Positions 8,909 to 21,522 of a stretch of 64,000 nt of DNA are shown here, one piece after another. The notes under the pieces are model-generated. The model was given only the letters and a program-made list of their open reading frames with translations, had not been told where the DNA came from and did no database searches. How positions within the stretch are numbered: the stretch's first letter is position 1; each line of letters begins with the position of its first letter. The translations under genes were made by a program, and so were the position numbers. Origin of the DNA: Gammaproteobacteria bacterium (GTDB lineage Bacteria; Pseudomonadota; Gammaproteobacteria; CAMYNG01); the NCBI GenBank assembly GCA_011051615.1, contig DRKU01000109.1:13324-77323 (forward strand), written 5' to 3'.

Positions 8909-9987
8909 TGCGAAAACTGACTTTCCTGCTGCTTGCCATCAGCCTGGCGCCGGGAGGCTGTGCCTGGCTCGACTCCTTCCGTAGCGACCTGCCCGGCCAG
9001 ATCGCTGCCTGGGAGGCCAGCGGTGAATATGGCCGTGCCCTGGCGACACTCAGGTACGTGGAGCCCACCCACCCCCGGTACGCGCAACTCCGCAAGCAGA
9101 AAAAGCGCATCGAGCGTCTGGCACGGGAGCTGACGGTAAAGACCATCAGGCAGGCCAACGCCCTGATCGCGAAAGGCGAATGGGCCCGGGCCGACGCGCT
9201 CTATCGCGATGTGCTTGTCCGCCTGCCGGAAGACAGCAAGCTCCTCGCCGCACGGCAGGAGTTTCTGAACCGGCGTACTTCCTACCTGATGCACATCGAG
9301 GCAAAACGGCTTCTCAGCCGAGGTGAACAACTCCTGCGTGATGCACCGCTGGTTGCCGAGATCCGCCGCGTGATCCCCGAAGACAAACGTGCCAACGACG
9401 CCGTGGTGGAACTGGAGAATGCGTCACGTGCTACCGCGCGTGCCCTGCTCCAGCACGGTGAAATAGCCCTGCGGGAAGAGAATTTCGAGCTTGCCGAACG
9501 CTATGTACGCATGGCCGATGCACTCACGCATGACGACGACCTCAACAGCCGTATCTTCATTGCGCTGAACCAGATCGAAAATCACCAGATCGAACAGAGT
9601 CGGCGCGAGCTGGCGCGCAGCCTGAAAACACTCTCCCAGCTGGAAGAAGAATTCCATGCCGCGCTGCGCAAGCGCAGGTTACTGACCGCCAAACTGTTAC
9701 TGGAAAAAATGCAGACCCTCGAGGTCAAACCTGCCGCCTTCCGCAAACACAGCGAGGCACTGGACAGCGCCATTACCAGGCGTATCAAGGAGGCTCTCGA
9801 CACCGGGCGCCGCCTGTATTCGCAGGGCAGGATCAAGGAAGCACTGAATCACTGGCAAAGCGTATTACCGCTGGAACCGGACAACCCGGAGCTGAAGACC
9901 CACATCAGGCGTGCCGAGCGGGTACTCGAAAAACTTCATCGCCTCGGCAAGGGTGCCCCTGCGACCGAGTCCCTGGATGGCAGTTAG
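8908..9987 (+). CDS. Secreted/lipoprotein-like helical-repeat (TPR-like) protein
   Basis: 359-aa ORF whose ATG overlaps the cyclase stop (TGATG at 8906-8910). It has a signal-like N-terminus, MRKLTFLLLAISLAPGGCAW. The rest is Ala/Leu/Arg/Glu-rich helical repeats, ending in a TPR-like block (GRIKEALNHWQSVLPLEPDNPELKTHIRRAE). Confidence 0.6.
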   Translation: MRKLTFLLLAISLAPGGCAWLDSFRSDLPGQIAAWEASGEYGRALATLRYVEPTHPRYAQLRKQKKRIERLARELTVKTIRQANALIAKGEWARADALYRDVLVRLPEDSKLLAARQEFLNRRTSYLMHIEAKRLLSRGEQLLRDAPLVAEIRRVIPEDKRANDAVVELENASRATARALLQHGEIALREENFELAERYVRMADALTHDDDLNSRIFIALNQIENHQIEQSRRELARSLKTLSQLEEEFHAALRKRRLLTAKLLLEKMQTLEVKPAAFRKHSEALDSAITRRIKEALDTGRRLYSQGRIKEALNHWQSVLPLEPDNPELKTHIRRAERVLEKLHRLGKGAPATESLDGS

Positions 9988-10024
9988 AAACCGCTCACGA
10001 TAACCCCGTCCCCGAGCAAGCAAG

Positions 10025-12295
10025 CTATTCTTCGCCAACGCGCTCGATCCACTCTACGCCACGGAAACCACGCGGCAGTTTCAGACCGCGGCGCCCGCGT
10101 TCACCTTCGTAGGGCGCCATGTCATCCTGGCTCAGGGTGACATGACGCTTACCAGTATGGACCCGGATACTGCTTTCTTCGTCCACCAGGGTAATGGCTA
10201 CCAGCGCCTCTTCACCCTTGTCATGTTTCGTCGGATTGATGCCGATGATCTTGACGCCCTTACCCCTCGGCAGCACGGGCAATTCAGACAGGGGATGGAT
10301 AACCATGCGCCCGTCACTGGTGGCGGCCACCACCCATTCCGCTTCCATGTCCGCCACCGGCACCGGTGGCAACACCTTTGCGCCCGCGGGCACGCGCATC
10401 ACTGCCTTGCCCTTGCGGTTCTTGGTGATCATGTCTTCCAGGCGTGCGACAAACCCGTAGCCCAGGTCCGTTGCCAGCAGGTAGAGCTGATCGGGCTTGC
10501 CGCTCATGACACCACAGAACACCGCACCATCAGGCGGGCTGAGGCGCGCGGTCAGCGGTTCACCCATGCTGCGTGCCGAGGGCAGCGCATGGGCTGGCAC
10601 GGCATAGGTACGACCCACGGAGTCGATGAAGATCGCCTGCTCGTTACTGCGACAACGGGTACTGGCCTGGTAGGCATCGCCACTCTTGTAGTTGAGTTCA
10701 CGCGGATCGACCTCGTGCCCCTTGGCAGCGCGGGCCAGGCCCTTTTGCGAGAGCACCACGGTGACCGGGTCGGCAGACACCAGCTCCGACTCGTCCAGCG
10801 CCTGTGCCGCTTCACGGGCGACAATGGGTGAGCGCCGCTTGTCACCGAACTCCTCAATGATTGCCTTGAGTTCCTTCTTGATCAGCGTCTTGAGGCGCGC
10901 CTTCGAGGCCAGCAGTTTCTCCAGCTCACTCTTTTCCTGCGCCAGCGCCTTCTGCTCATCGCGGATCTTCATCTCTTCCAGTCGCGCCAGTTGACGCAGA
11001 CGGGTATCGAGGATGTAGTCAGCCTGCACCTCGGTGAGCTTGAAGCGTTTCATCAATACCGGTCTGGGTTCATCTTCCTTGCGGATGATGCGGATCACTT
11101 CGTCCAGGTTCAGGAAGGCAATCAACAGGCCGTCGAGCAGATGCAGGCGCTTCTCCACCTTGTCGAGGCGAAATTCCAGTCGGCGGCGCACGGTATCGGT
11201 ACGGAACTTCAGCCAGTCGACGAGAATATCGCGCAGGTTGCGCACGCCGGGACGACCGTTGAGCCCGATGACATTGAGATTGACGCGGTAGGTGCGCTCG
11301 AGATCGGTGGTGGCGAACAGGTGGGTCATGAGCCCGTCCACGTCGATACGGCTGGAACGCGGTACGACCACCAGGCGCGTGGGGTTTTCGTGGTCGGATT
11401 CGTCACGCAGATCCACCACCATGGGCAGCTTTTTGGCATTCATCTGCCCGGCGATCTGCTCCAGTACGCGTGCCGGCGAGGTCTGGTGCGGCAGGGCGGT
11501 GATGATGATGTCGCTGCCTTCCTTTTCAAAGCGCGCGCGCATGCGAATAGAGCCGTGGCCGGTATCGTAGATTTTTTTGATGTCCGCGCGCGGCGTAATG
11601 ATCTCGGCATCGGTCGGGTAATCGGGGCCCTTGATGAACTTGCACAGTTCGCGCACTGTGGCCTTCGGGGTATCCAGCAGGTGAATACAGGCCTGTAGCA
11701 CCTCCGTGAGGTTGTGCGGTGGAATATCGGTAGCCATACCCACGGCGATACCGGTGGTGCCGTTGAGCAATACGTGGGGCACGCGCGCCGGCAGCACCAC
11801 CGGCTCATCGAGCGTACCATCGAAATTGGCGGTCCACTCCACCGTGCCCTGGCCCAGTTCCGAGAGCAGCAGATCCGCAAAGGCCGACAGGCGTGACTCG
11901 GTGTAACGCATGGCGGCGAAGGACTTGGGATCGTCCGGTGAACCCCAGTTGCCCTGCCCTTCGAGCAGGGGATAGCGGTAGGAGAACGGTTGCGCCATGA
12001 GCACCATGGCTTCGTAACAGGCCGAGTCACCGTGGGGATGGTACTTACCAAGTACATCACCCACCGTGCGTGCGGACTTCTTGAACTTGGTGCCGGCCTT
12101 GAGACCCAGTTCCGACATGGCATAGACGATACGCCGCTGCACCGGCTTGAGACCGTCCCCCACGTGCGGCAGGGCGCGATCGAGGATGACGTACATGGAG
12201 TAGTCCAGGTAGGCCCGTTCGGTAAAATCCTTCAGCGGCAACCGTTCGATATTATCGTCCGACGGTGGCGGTGGAGATGGGGGTTTCTTTGCCAT
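10025..12295 (-). CDS. parC: DNA topoisomerase IV subunit A
   Basis: 756 aa. Blocks [19 protein letters not shown] and the catalytic Tyr block AAMRYTES. The length and its position just downstream of a short (629-aa) GyrB-type subunit argue for ParC rather than GyrA. Confidence 0.92.
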   Translation of the reverse strand: MAKKPPSPPPPSDDNIERLPLKDFTERAYLDYSMYVILDRALPHVGDGLKPVQRRIVYAMSELGLKAGTKFKKSARTVGDVLGKYHPHGDSACYEAMVLMAQPFSYRYPLLEGQGNWGSPDDPKSFAAMRYTESRLSAFADLLLSELGQGTVEWTANFDGTLDEPVVLPARVPHVLLNGTTGIAVGMATDIPPHNLTEVLQACIHLLDTPKATVRELCKFIKGPDYPTDAEIITPRADIKKIYDTGHGSIRMRARFEKEGSDIIITALPHQTSPARVLEQIAGQMNAKKLPMVVDLRDESDHENPTRLVVVPRSSRIDVDGLMTHLFATTDLERTYRVNLNVIGLNGRPGVRNLRDILVDWLKFRTDTVRRRLEFRLDKVEKRLHLLDGLLIAFLNLDEVIRIIRKEDEPRPVLMKRFKLTEVQADYILDTRLRQLARLEEMKIRDEQKALAQEKSELEKLLASKARLKTLIKKELKAIIEEFGDKRRSPIVAREAAQALDESELVSADPVTVVLSQKGLARAAKGHEVDPRELNYKSGDAYQASTRCRSNEQAIFIDSVGRTYAVPAHALPSARSMGEPLTARLSPPDGAVFCGVMSGKPDQLYLLATDLGYGFVARLEDMITKNRKGKAVMRVPAGAKVLPPVPVADMEAEWVVAATSDGRMVIHPLSELPVLPRGKGVKIIGINPTKHDKGEEALVAITLVDEESSIRVHTGKRHVTLSQDDMAPYEGERGRRGLKLPRGFRGVEWIERVGEE

Positions 12296-12353
12296 ATTCT
12301 GAAAATGTTAATTACCTGGTTATGGGGCCGGGCAGCCGCCCGGCACGATACTG

Positions 12354-14264
<1,911 letters not shown>

Positions 14265-14320
14265 TCAGGGAAATTCGGATGGTTGCGCCGCATTGTAACC
14301 AAAAAGGCGTGCAGCAAGAA

Positions 14321-14360
14321 GCCGTAGCGAAAAACAGGTATTTTCCGCTACGGCTTTTGT
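14321..14360. terminator. Hairpin terminator between the chemoreceptor gene and parE
   Basis: GCCGTAGCGAAAA (14321-14333) pairs with TTTTCCGCTACGGC (14341-14354) with one bulge. On the + strand it is followed by TTTTGT, and on the - strand by TTCTTGC. It lies 45 nt beyond the stop of the minus-strand MCP gene. Confidence 0.5.
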
Positions 14361-14398
14361 AGAGGCAGGATTCGTATATGGCGGGGAGGATCCCCTGC

Positions 14399-16447
14399 TC
14401 AGACCTTGAAGCGGCCCACCAGTCCCTGCAGATCGGCGGCCAGGCGCGCCAGCTCCTGGCTGGCATTGGCCAGCTGTGAGGTACTGCCGGAGGTCTCTTC
14501 GGCCACCTGGGAGATGTTCACCACGTTGCGATTGATCTCCTCGGAGACCTCGCCCTGCTGACGGGCCGCCTCGGCGATCTGGTTGTTCATGGTGGCGATG
14601 GCATTGACGGCGCCGGTGATGCGTTCCAGTGCCTCGCCGGCCTTGCTGGCGAAATCGACACTGGAGCGCGCCTTCTCGCGCCCGCCCTCCATGACGTTGA
14701 CGGCATCCTGGGCATTGGCCTGCAGGCGTTCGATCATCTCCTTGATCTCCTGGGTAGAACTCTGGGTACGACTTGCCAGGCTGCGCACCTCATCGGCCAC
14801 CACGGCAAAACCACGCCCCTGTTCACCCGCGCGGGCCGCCTCGATGGCGGCATTCAGGGCCAGCAGGTTGGTCTGCTCGGCGATCCCCTGGATGACTTCC
14901 AGCACCGTGCCAATGGACTCGGTGTCCTTCTCCAGGCGCTGAATGACGCCGGCAGCACGTTCCACCTCACCGGCCAGGGTATCGATGGACGAAACCGATT
15001 CAGTCACCACGTGCTGACCCTTGCTGGATTCTTCGTCAGCACCACGCGCAGCCTCGGCGGCCGACTCGGCGTTACGCGCCACTTCCTGCACCGTGGCGGT
15101 CATTTCGTTCATGGCTGTCGCCACCTGTTCGGTCTCCGAGCGCTGGCGCTGTACGCCGTTGCTGGTCTCGGTGGAAATATGTGACATCTCCTCGGCCGCT
15201 GCCGCCAGCTGGCTGGTGGCGCCCGTCACCTGGGCGATGGTGTCACGGATCTTGTCGGCAAACAGGTTGAAGGCACGTGCCAGCTGGGCGATTTCATCCT
15301 TGCCCTTCACATCGAGACGATGAGTCAGATCACCTTCACCCTGGGCAATGTCCTCCATGGCCGCCACGGCGTTGCGCAACGGTGAGACCACCAGCGTGGA
15401 GATCAACCAGGCACTGCCAATGCCGATCACCAGGCCAACGACGACCAGCACGGCAACGAAGTACCAGGTACCGGCAACGTCCGTGATCAGGGCATCGCTG
15501 AGCTCGGCATTATGCGTACGCTGCAGATCCACCAGCTTGCGGATGTTTGCCTTGATGGTGGCAGTCAGTGGGCCGACCTCGTTGCGGATCAGGTAGGCGT
15601 CGGTACGCCAGCGATCGCTGCTGTGAATTTCTATCATACCTGTGAGGGCCTTAAGATAGGCAGCAGTATGTTCGTTGACCTGTTCAAGTGAGTCCGACTG
15701 CTCGAAGTTGAGCATCTCGGCATGTTCATTGACCCTGGCCAGCTTGTCTTTGAAAACATCGAGGAAAAGTTGCAGATTTTCCCGGTCGGTCTTGCCGCGG
15801 AAGGCCATGTAAGCCCTCACGCCATTGAGCACGTTGATCCAGCTCTGACGTAGATCGGTAGTCAGAAACAGCAGGTTGCGGCGTGCTTCACTGATTTCTT
15901 CATCACGCTCGGCAGCAACCACCTGCGCCAGATTCTGCTGGATCACCAGAGCATGATTATTAAGGTTCTCATAAGCGTATTGAAAAGCAGGGAAGTTCTT
16001 CGAAAAATTGTCGGCCAGCTCCAGCATACGCAGGCGGTAGGTCTTGAGCCGGGAAATCCCTTCGGTCACCTGGCTGACGATCTCACTGGCTTCGGGATCG
16101 GCAGCCACGGCAGGCATCTCACGCAGCTCAGCGAGAATCACGTCGAGGCGTTTGAGGGCCTGTTCATACTGCTGGCGATCCTGATCGGTCTTGCTGAGCA
16201 GATAGAAACCCATTGCCTCGCCGGCCTCATCGAGGGTGGCCGCCAGTTCCTGAGAACGGATCACCGTCGGCAGACTCTCACCCACCACGGTCTCCACGCT
16301 ATGCTGGGCACTGGAGAGGCTGCGCAGGGCCACCAGCGCCACCAGCGTCAGTACGGCAAGAATAGCGCCAAAACCCAGCCACAGCTTATGGCGGATCTGC
16401 AGACTGGAGAGAAAATTTATGGAAAGCTTGTTACCGTTCGTGGCCAT
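14399..16447 (-). CDS. Methyl-accepting chemotaxis protein with a large periplasmic sensor domain
   Basis: 682 aa. TM1 ([20 protein letters not shown]), a ~290-aa helical periplasmic region, TM2 and HAMP. Carries the conserved signalling hairpin [38 protein letters not shown]. Confidence 0.9.
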   Translation of the reverse strand: MATNGNKLSINFLSSLQIRHKLWLGFGAILAVLTLVALVALRSLSSAQHSVETVVGESLPTVIRSQELAATLDEAGEAMGFYLLSKTDQDRQQYEQALKRLDVILAELREMPAVAADPEASEIVSQVTEGISRLKTYRLRMLELADNFSKNFPAFQYAYENLNNHALVIQQNLAQVVAAERDEEISEARRNLLFLTTDLRQSWINVLNGVRAYMAFRGKTDRENLQLFLDVFKDKLARVNEHAEMLNFEQSDSLEQVNEHTAAYLKALTGMIEIHSSDRWRTDAYLIRNEVGPLTATIKANIRKLVDLQRTHNAELSDALITDVAGTWYFVAVLVVVGLVIGIGSAWLISTLVVSPLRNAVAAMEDIAQGEGDLTHRLDVKGKDEIAQLARAFNLFADKIRDTIAQVTGATSQLAAAAEEMSHISTETSNGVQRQRSETEQVATAMNEMTATVQEVARNAESAAEAARGADEESSKGQHVVTESVSSIDTLAGEVERAAGVIQRLEKDTESIGTVLEVIQGIAEQTNLLALNAAIEAARAGEQGRGFAVVADEVRSLASRTQSSTQEIKEMIERLQANAQDAVNVMEGGREKARSSVDFASKAGEALERITGAVNAIATMNNQIAEAARQQGEVSEEINRNVVNISQVAEETSGSTSQLANASQELARLAADLQGLVGRFKV

Positions 16448-16646
16448 TCACACACCTTTGACATCAACTTTAATCGGCAAAGTTGATTCCCTTCATACTC
16501 TGGGGTAGTTAACAGTGGTTATCGTCAGTACAGCGACAAGCTTTAGCCACGAGAACGGTGAGAATGGCGACCGGTGGGGGCGCCGGCACAAGTGATGGCG
16601 GGGGAATTTCCCCTTTTGTTCAAGGGGTTATTGTAAGCCCCGGAAT

Positions 16647-17360
16647 TCAGTCCAGCGGGATACCGAGGCGGTGGGCAACCTCTTCGTAGGCCTCGATGAC
16701 GCCTCCCAGACCCTGCCGAAAGCGGTCCTTGTCGAGCTTCTCGCGGGTCTGCGCATCCCATAGCCGGCAACCGTCGGGACTGAATTCGTCACCCAGTAGC
16801 AGGCGCCCCTGGTAGCGGCCAAACTCCAGCTTGTAGTCCACCAGCAGCATGTTACCGGCGGCGAACAGGTCGCGCAGCACGGTATTGACGGCCAGGGTCA
16901 GGGACTGCATCTGCGCCACTTCCTCGTCCGTCGCCCAGCCAAAGGTACGGATGTGCGATTCATTGATCATGGGGTCGTGCAGGGCGTCGTTCTTGAGAAA
17001 GAATTCGAATACCGGTGGTTTCAGTTCCCGGCCTTCCTCGATGCCCAGGCGGCGGCACAGACTGCCGGCGGCGAGATTGCGCACCACGCACTCCACCGGC
17101 AACATCTCCAGCCGGCGCACCACCGATTCGTTGTCCGAGATGCGCTCGATGAAGTGGTTCTCGATACCCGCCGCGGCCAGCTTCTGCATGATGAAGGCGT
17201 TGAAATAGTTGTTGACCCGGCCCTTGCGCGCCAGCTGTTCGACCTTTTCACCATCGAAGGCGGAGGTGTCGTCGCGAAACTCGAGGATCAGCCTGTCGGC
17301 ATCGTCAGTGGTATATACCGACTTGGCCTTGCCCGAGTAAAGGATGTCTTTGCGTTTCAT
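16647..17360 (-). CDS. purC: Phosphoribosylaminoimidazole-succinocarboxamide (SAICAR) synthase
   Basis: The protein from the ATG at 17360 starts [37 protein letters not shown], a typical PurC N-terminus. I rejected the 42-aa upstream extension in the track ORF (to 17486). Synteny: dapA-bamC-...-purC. Confidence 0.92.
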   Translation of the reverse strand: MKRKDILYSGKAKSVYTTDDADRLILEFRDDTSAFDGEKVEQLARKGRVNNYFNAFIMQKLAAAGIENHFIERISDNESVVRRLEMLPVECVVRNLAAGSLCRRLGIEEGRELKPPVFEFFLKNDALHDPMINESHIRTFGWATDEEVAQMQSLTLAVNTVLRDLFAAGNMLLVDYKLEFGRYQGRLLLGDEFSPDGCRLWDAQTREKLDKDRFRQGLGGVIEAYEEVAHRLGIPLD

Positions 17361-17409
17361 GTCCTGCTCCGTCGCGGCCGCGCCGCGCTCACTGCCTGGT
17401 GGATGCGCT

Positions 17410-18186
17410 TCAGGTAACGTCGATCCAGCCGAGCACCGTATCCTGCATGGCGATATGGATCTGCGCAGTCGCACCATCATTCCCACCCGGTGACCGCGCC
17501 AGGGTCTCGCTCAGTGCCGCGTGGGCCAGCCCGACCTGATTGTTCTTCTCGCTCAGATGCGCTGCCACCACGGTATGCAGGCCTGCGCGATCCAGCGCAC
17601 CCAGCAGATCGGCAGCCTGTGCGTTGCTCAGATGTCCGTAACGTCCCGCCACACGCTCCTTGAGCGCGGCTGGATAGCTGCCCGTGCGCAACATCTCGCT
17701 GTCATGGTTGCATTCCAGGTACAGGACCTGGCAGCGGCTCAGGCTGCGTACCATGTGTGGCGTCACATGCCCGGCATCGGTGAGCATACCAAAGCACGCC
17801 GAGCCACCGCGCAGAACAAACTGACACGGCTCACTGGCATCGTGGGGCACCGGGTAAGGTGTCACCTCCAGGGCACCGACACGAAACACGCCGTCGGGCT
17901 TCACCTCCTGCACGCACACGTCGTCGTCCAGAAAACGTGCGGTACCGCGCGTGGCATGCACCGGGATACCGCTGCGCCGGGCCAGGCGCGATACGCCGCT
18001 GATGTGATCGCCGTGCTCGTGGGTCACCAGCACCGCCGAGAGCATGGCGAGATCCAGCCCCAGGTCGGCAAGGCGACGCTCCAGTTCACGCACCGAGAAA
18101 CCGCAGTCCACCAGCACGCAGGTCTCGTCCTGCTGAATGAGCGTGGCATTACCGCGACTCCCGCTGCCCAGACAGGCAATGCGCAT
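17410..18186 (-). CDS. MBL-fold metallo-hydrolase
   Basis: 258 aa. The N-terminus [18 protein letters not shown]...VLVDCGFS and the HxHxDH motif (THEHGDH) fit the family. Packed between bamC (11-nt gap) and purC (49-nt gap). Confidence 0.8.
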   Translation of the reverse strand: MRIACLGSGSRGNATLIQQDETCVLVDCGFSVRELERRLADLGLDLAMLSAVLVTHEHGDHISGVSRLARRSGIPVHATRGTARFLDDDVCVQEVKPDGVFRVGALEVTPYPVPHDASEPCQFVLRGGSACFGMLTDAGHVTPHMVRSLSRCQVLYLECNHDSEMLRTGSYPAALKERVAGRYGHLSNAQAADLLGALDRAGLHTVVAAHLSEKNNQVGLAHAALSETLARSPGGNDGATAQIHIAMQDTVLGWIDVT

Positions 18187-18197
18187 GGCGGACTCGC

Positions 18198-19226
18198 CTA
18201 GCGCAACAGTTTCTCAAATTCACCCAGCAGGCGCCGGGCAAGCTCGGTCTTTGCCGGTGCACCTGCCTCGCTGAGAATACGCAGGGTGCTCTCGTCGCCC
18301 TGTGATTGCAGGGACAGCACGAAGACCGTCTCGCGGGCGGCGTCATCTCCGCCAAACAGGCGCGACAACCAGCCCTGTTCCTGGCTGAAAAAGTCCGCGC
18401 TGAGCTTGATGTAGTAGCGGCCGGCCGAGCGATCCCGGTCCTGTACCAGGAAGCCGAGGCGGTCCAGCGCCAGCTGCACATGGCGCCAGCTGCGTGCGAA
18501 GCCTTCATGAATGCGCAGCACCGGCTCGCCTCCGTCCGCGTCCATGACCGCACGTGCTGGCGCCGGTTCCACTGGCACGGCGGCCGCGGCCGCCTGTTGT
18601 GCCACACCCAGATGCATGGCGAAACGCTGCAACAATTCCATCTCCAGCAAGGCGTCCGGCGCGCCCCAGACCCAGCCCGAGGGCTGCTCCAGCAGGCTGC
18701 GGTGAGCAACAAAGACCCGCGTGTGGCCATCATCGCCGCGTTCCACGCGCAGCCGGAAGCGGTCCTTGCGGCGCGCCTCGGCATCACGGAACAGGCGCTC
18801 GAACCAGCCCACGGGCACATCCGCGCGCCGCTCCACCCAGTTACTCTCGATAATGCCGAGACGGGTGTCGGCAATACTCACGCCAAGACCGTTGGCCGTG
18901 AAGAAACTCTGCGCAGCGTCCCATACCCGTTCCACCGGCGCCTCCACCTCCAGCCAGCGCAGACCGCCGTCACGGCCCAGGCGAATGCCCTGCGCCAGCG
19001 GCGGTACCACGGCGGCACCGGGGGCGGACTGGTAGCCGGCATAGGTGGCGGCAATGGGGTTGTCACCGCTGACCACCAGTGCCGGCGGCATCTCCAGCGG
19101 GCGCTCCACGTTGGCGTCCTCGTAGGGGGACTTATCGGGTGTGGAGGAACAGCCCACGGCAAGGGCAGCAAGACCCGCGAGCAGGGCCGTCAGTGAAAGG
19201 GCACGTCGAAAAGAGGCTGAAAACAT
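18198..19226 (-). CDS. bamC: Outer membrane protein assembly factor BamC (NlpB-like lipoprotein)
   Basis: From the ATG at 19226 the protein starts MFSASFRRALSLTALLAGLAALAVGCSS (lipobox). It is ~342 aa and sits between dapA and purC, as nlpB/bamC does in enterobacteria. The call rests mainly on synteny, size and the lipoprotein signal. Confidence 0.72.
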   Translation of the reverse strand: MFSASFRRALSLTALLAGLAALAVGCSSTPDKSPYEDANVERPLEMPPALVVSGDNPIAATYAGYQSAPGAAVVPPLAQGIRLGRDGGLRWLEVEAPVERVWDAAQSFFTANGLGVSIADTRLGIIESNWVERRADVPVGWFERLFRDAEARRKDRFRLRVERGDDGHTRVFVAHRSLLEQPSGWVWGAPDALLEMELLQRFAMHLGVAQQAAAAAVPVEPAPARAVMDADGGEPVLRIHEGFARSWRHVQLALDRLGFLVQDRDRSAGRYYIKLSADFFSQEQGWLSRLFGGDDAARETVFVLSLQSQGDESTLRILSEAGAPAKTELARRLLGEFEKLLR

Positions 19227-19251
19227 CGAATACCTGCCTGGTAGTGAAGAC

Positions 19252-20127
19252 TTACAGTAAACCGGCATCGTGCAGCCGGGCGCGCAGGGGTGCGCGCAGG
19301 GGTTCGGAAAGCGGTGTCAGAGGCAAGCGGATCCCCGGCCCGATGAGGCCCATCTCGTGCAGGGCCCACTTTACCGGGATGGGATTGGCCTCGACGAAAA
19401 GCCCCTCGTGCAGGGGCATCAGCGGCGTATTGAGGCGCTCGGCCGTTTCGCGGTCACCGGCGAGGGCAGCCGCGCACATGGCGTGCATCTGGGCCGGCGC
19501 CACATTGGCGGTCACCGAGATGTCACCCTGAGCGCCGAGGAGCATGAGCTCCATGGCGGTGGCATCGTCGCCGCTGAAGATGGCGAAGTCCTCGCCAACC
19601 ACGGCCCGGGTCGCGTGGTAGCGCGCCAGGTCACCGGTGGCATCCTTGATGCCGATGATATTGGCCACCTGCGCCAGCCGCGCGACCGTCTCGGGCAGCA
19701 TGTCCACCGCCGTGCGCCCCGGCACGTTGTATAAAATCTGTGGAATATCAACAGCTTCGGCTACCGCACGATGATGCAGGTAGAGGCCTTCCTGGGTCGG
19801 CTTGTTGTAATAGGGGGTCACCAGCAGGCAGGCGTCGACACCGGCCTCGCGGGCACAGCGGGTCAGGGCGATGGCCTCGCTGGTGGCATTGGCGCCAGTC
19901 CCGGCGATCACCGGGATGCGGCCACGCGCCTGGTTCACCACCTCGCGGATCACCTGGCAGTGTTCGCTCTCGCTGAGGGTGGCGGACTCCCCCGTGGTGC
20001 CGACGGCGATAATGGCGTCGGTGCCCTTCTCCACGTGGAACTCCACCAGGGCAGCGAGGGCCTTGCTGTCAACGGCGCCATCGTCGGCCATGGGGGTGAC
20101 GAGGGCAACCAGGCTCCCCTGAAACAT
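19252..20127 (-). CDS. dapA: 4-hydroxy-tetrahydrodipicolinate synthase
   Basis: From the ATG at 20127: [20 protein letters not shown]..., with blocks [11 protein letters not shown] and ILYNVPGRT. The 27-aa upstream extension in the track ORF was rejected. Confidence 0.92.
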   Translation of the reverse strand: MFQGSLVALVTPMADDGAVDSKALAALVEFHVEKGTDAIIAVGTTGESATLSESEHCQVIREVVNQARGRIPVIAGTGANATSEAIALTRCAREAGVDACLLVTPYYNKPTQEGLYLHHRAVAEAVDIPQILYNVPGRTAVDMLPETVARLAQVANIIGIKDATGDLARYHATRAVVGEDFAIFSGDDATAMELMLLGAQGDISVTANVAPAQMHAMCAAALAGDRETAERLNTPLMPLHEGLFVEANPIPVKWALHEMGLIGPGIRLPLTPLSEPLRAPLRARLHDAGLL

Positions 20128-20282
20128 GCGTATAACTCCTCCCCGGATAAACGCCACATGGTACTTGGGCACCCGGGAACTGACAAGCCGCCCGGGGCGG
20201 ACTCCCACACGGCCGCTGGCGCAAGCGGGATTTAGTGGGGCATAAAAATTTCACGGTCGGCGGGGGGCCGATCTCCCCTATA

Positions 20283-21395
20283 ATGGCGGGCAGCATGAGC
20301 ACGACCCCCGCAGACAAGGAACCCCGGGCGGTGCGCGAGATCCGCATCAATCCCATCGTCCCCAGTGAATCGGTGCTGGTGGCCACGGCACGCAGCATGC
20401 GCCCGCGCAAGGCGGAAGATCCCGCACCCCGGGATACCCGCAGCCACGTGGACACCTGCCCCTTCTGCCGCGGCAACGAGGACCAGACGCCGCCCGAGCT
20501 GCTGCGTGTGCCCGCCGACGGCGAGTGGCGGATCCGCATTGTCGAGAATCTCTACCCCGTGCTGGGCAGCGATCCGGCACCGCGCGGCCTGAGCTTCGGT
20601 CTGCAACAGGCCATCGACGGCTATGGCCGCCATGAGGTCATCGTCGATCATGCCAAACACGGCATTGGTATCCACGAGATGGACGACAGCCACCTGCACC
20701 TGCTGTTTTCCACCTACCAGTCACGCATGCGCGCCCTCTATGACATGGATGCGCGTCTGCGTTATGTGCTGGTATTCAAGAATTTCGGTCCTGCCGCGGG
20801 TGCCAGCATGGCCCATACCCACAGCCAGATCATCGCCACGCCGGTGGTACCACAGAACGTCCACGACGAGGTCACCCACAGCCAGCAGTACTACCAGAAA
20901 CATCACCACTGCATCTTCTGCACCCTCATTGACGAAGCACTGACCTTCGAGACGACCATCTATGATCGTGAGTCGGGCGAAGTGGTGCGCCAGATCAACG
21001 TCGGCCAGTACGTCGTAGAGCGCAGCGAGCGCTTCATCGCCATCAAGCCCTTCGCCAGCCGCTACGAATGGGAGGTGCACATCCTGCCGCTGAAGCACGA
21101 GGCCAGTTATCTCGACGCCGACGAAGCCGACATGGCGGATCTGGCGAGACTGTTCCGTCGCACCATGGCGCGCCTGGATGCCGTGATCGGTGGCGCGCAA
21201 TACAATTTCTTCCTGCACACGCGCCCGCGAAGCAACGACTACCCGGGCAGTGAGGCCAGCTATCACTGGCACCTCGAGATCTGTCCGCGTACCAGCATTC
21301 CCACCGGCTTCGAACTCGGCTCCGGCCTGTTCGTCAACACCGTCAGCCCCGAGGAGGCCGCGGAAAGTTTACGCAAGGTATCGCTTCCGGATTAG
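20283..21395 (+). CDS. GalT-family (HIT superfamily) nucleotidyltransferase/phosphorylase-like protein
   Basis: A Zn-ribbon-like CPFCRGNE plus an HxHxQ active-site motif (AHTHSQIIATPVVP) in the context VFKNFGPAAGAS. The start is uncertain: GTG 20235, ATG 20283 or ATG 20295. No galK or galE is nearby. Confidence 0.65.
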   Translation: MAGSMSTTPADKEPRAVREIRINPIVPSESVLVATARSMRPRKAEDPAPRDTRSHVDTCPFCRGNEDQTPPELLRVPADGEWRIRIVENLYPVLGSDPAPRGLSFGLQQAIDGYGRHEVIVDHAKHGIGIHEMDDSHLHLLFSTYQSRMRALYDMDARLRYVLVFKNFGPAAGASMAHTHSQIIATPVVPQNVHDEVTHSQQYYQKHHHCIFCTLIDEALTFETTIYDRESGEVVRQINVGQYVVERSERFIAIKPFASRYEWEVHILPLKHEASYLDADEADMADLARLFRRTMARLDAVIGGAQYNFFLHTRPRSNDYPGSEASYHWHLEICPRTSIPTGFELGSGLFVNTVSPEEAAESLRKVSLPD

Positions 21396-21522
21396 AATGC
21401 AGACAGCTGGTGTCGAAAGCCTCCCGCTGATACTGGCAATGGTGAGTTAACAACTGGAAAAACAATCGGTTATGCAAATATTTGCGGCCACCTCACGCGC
21501 CAACCACGAGTCATCCTGAAAC

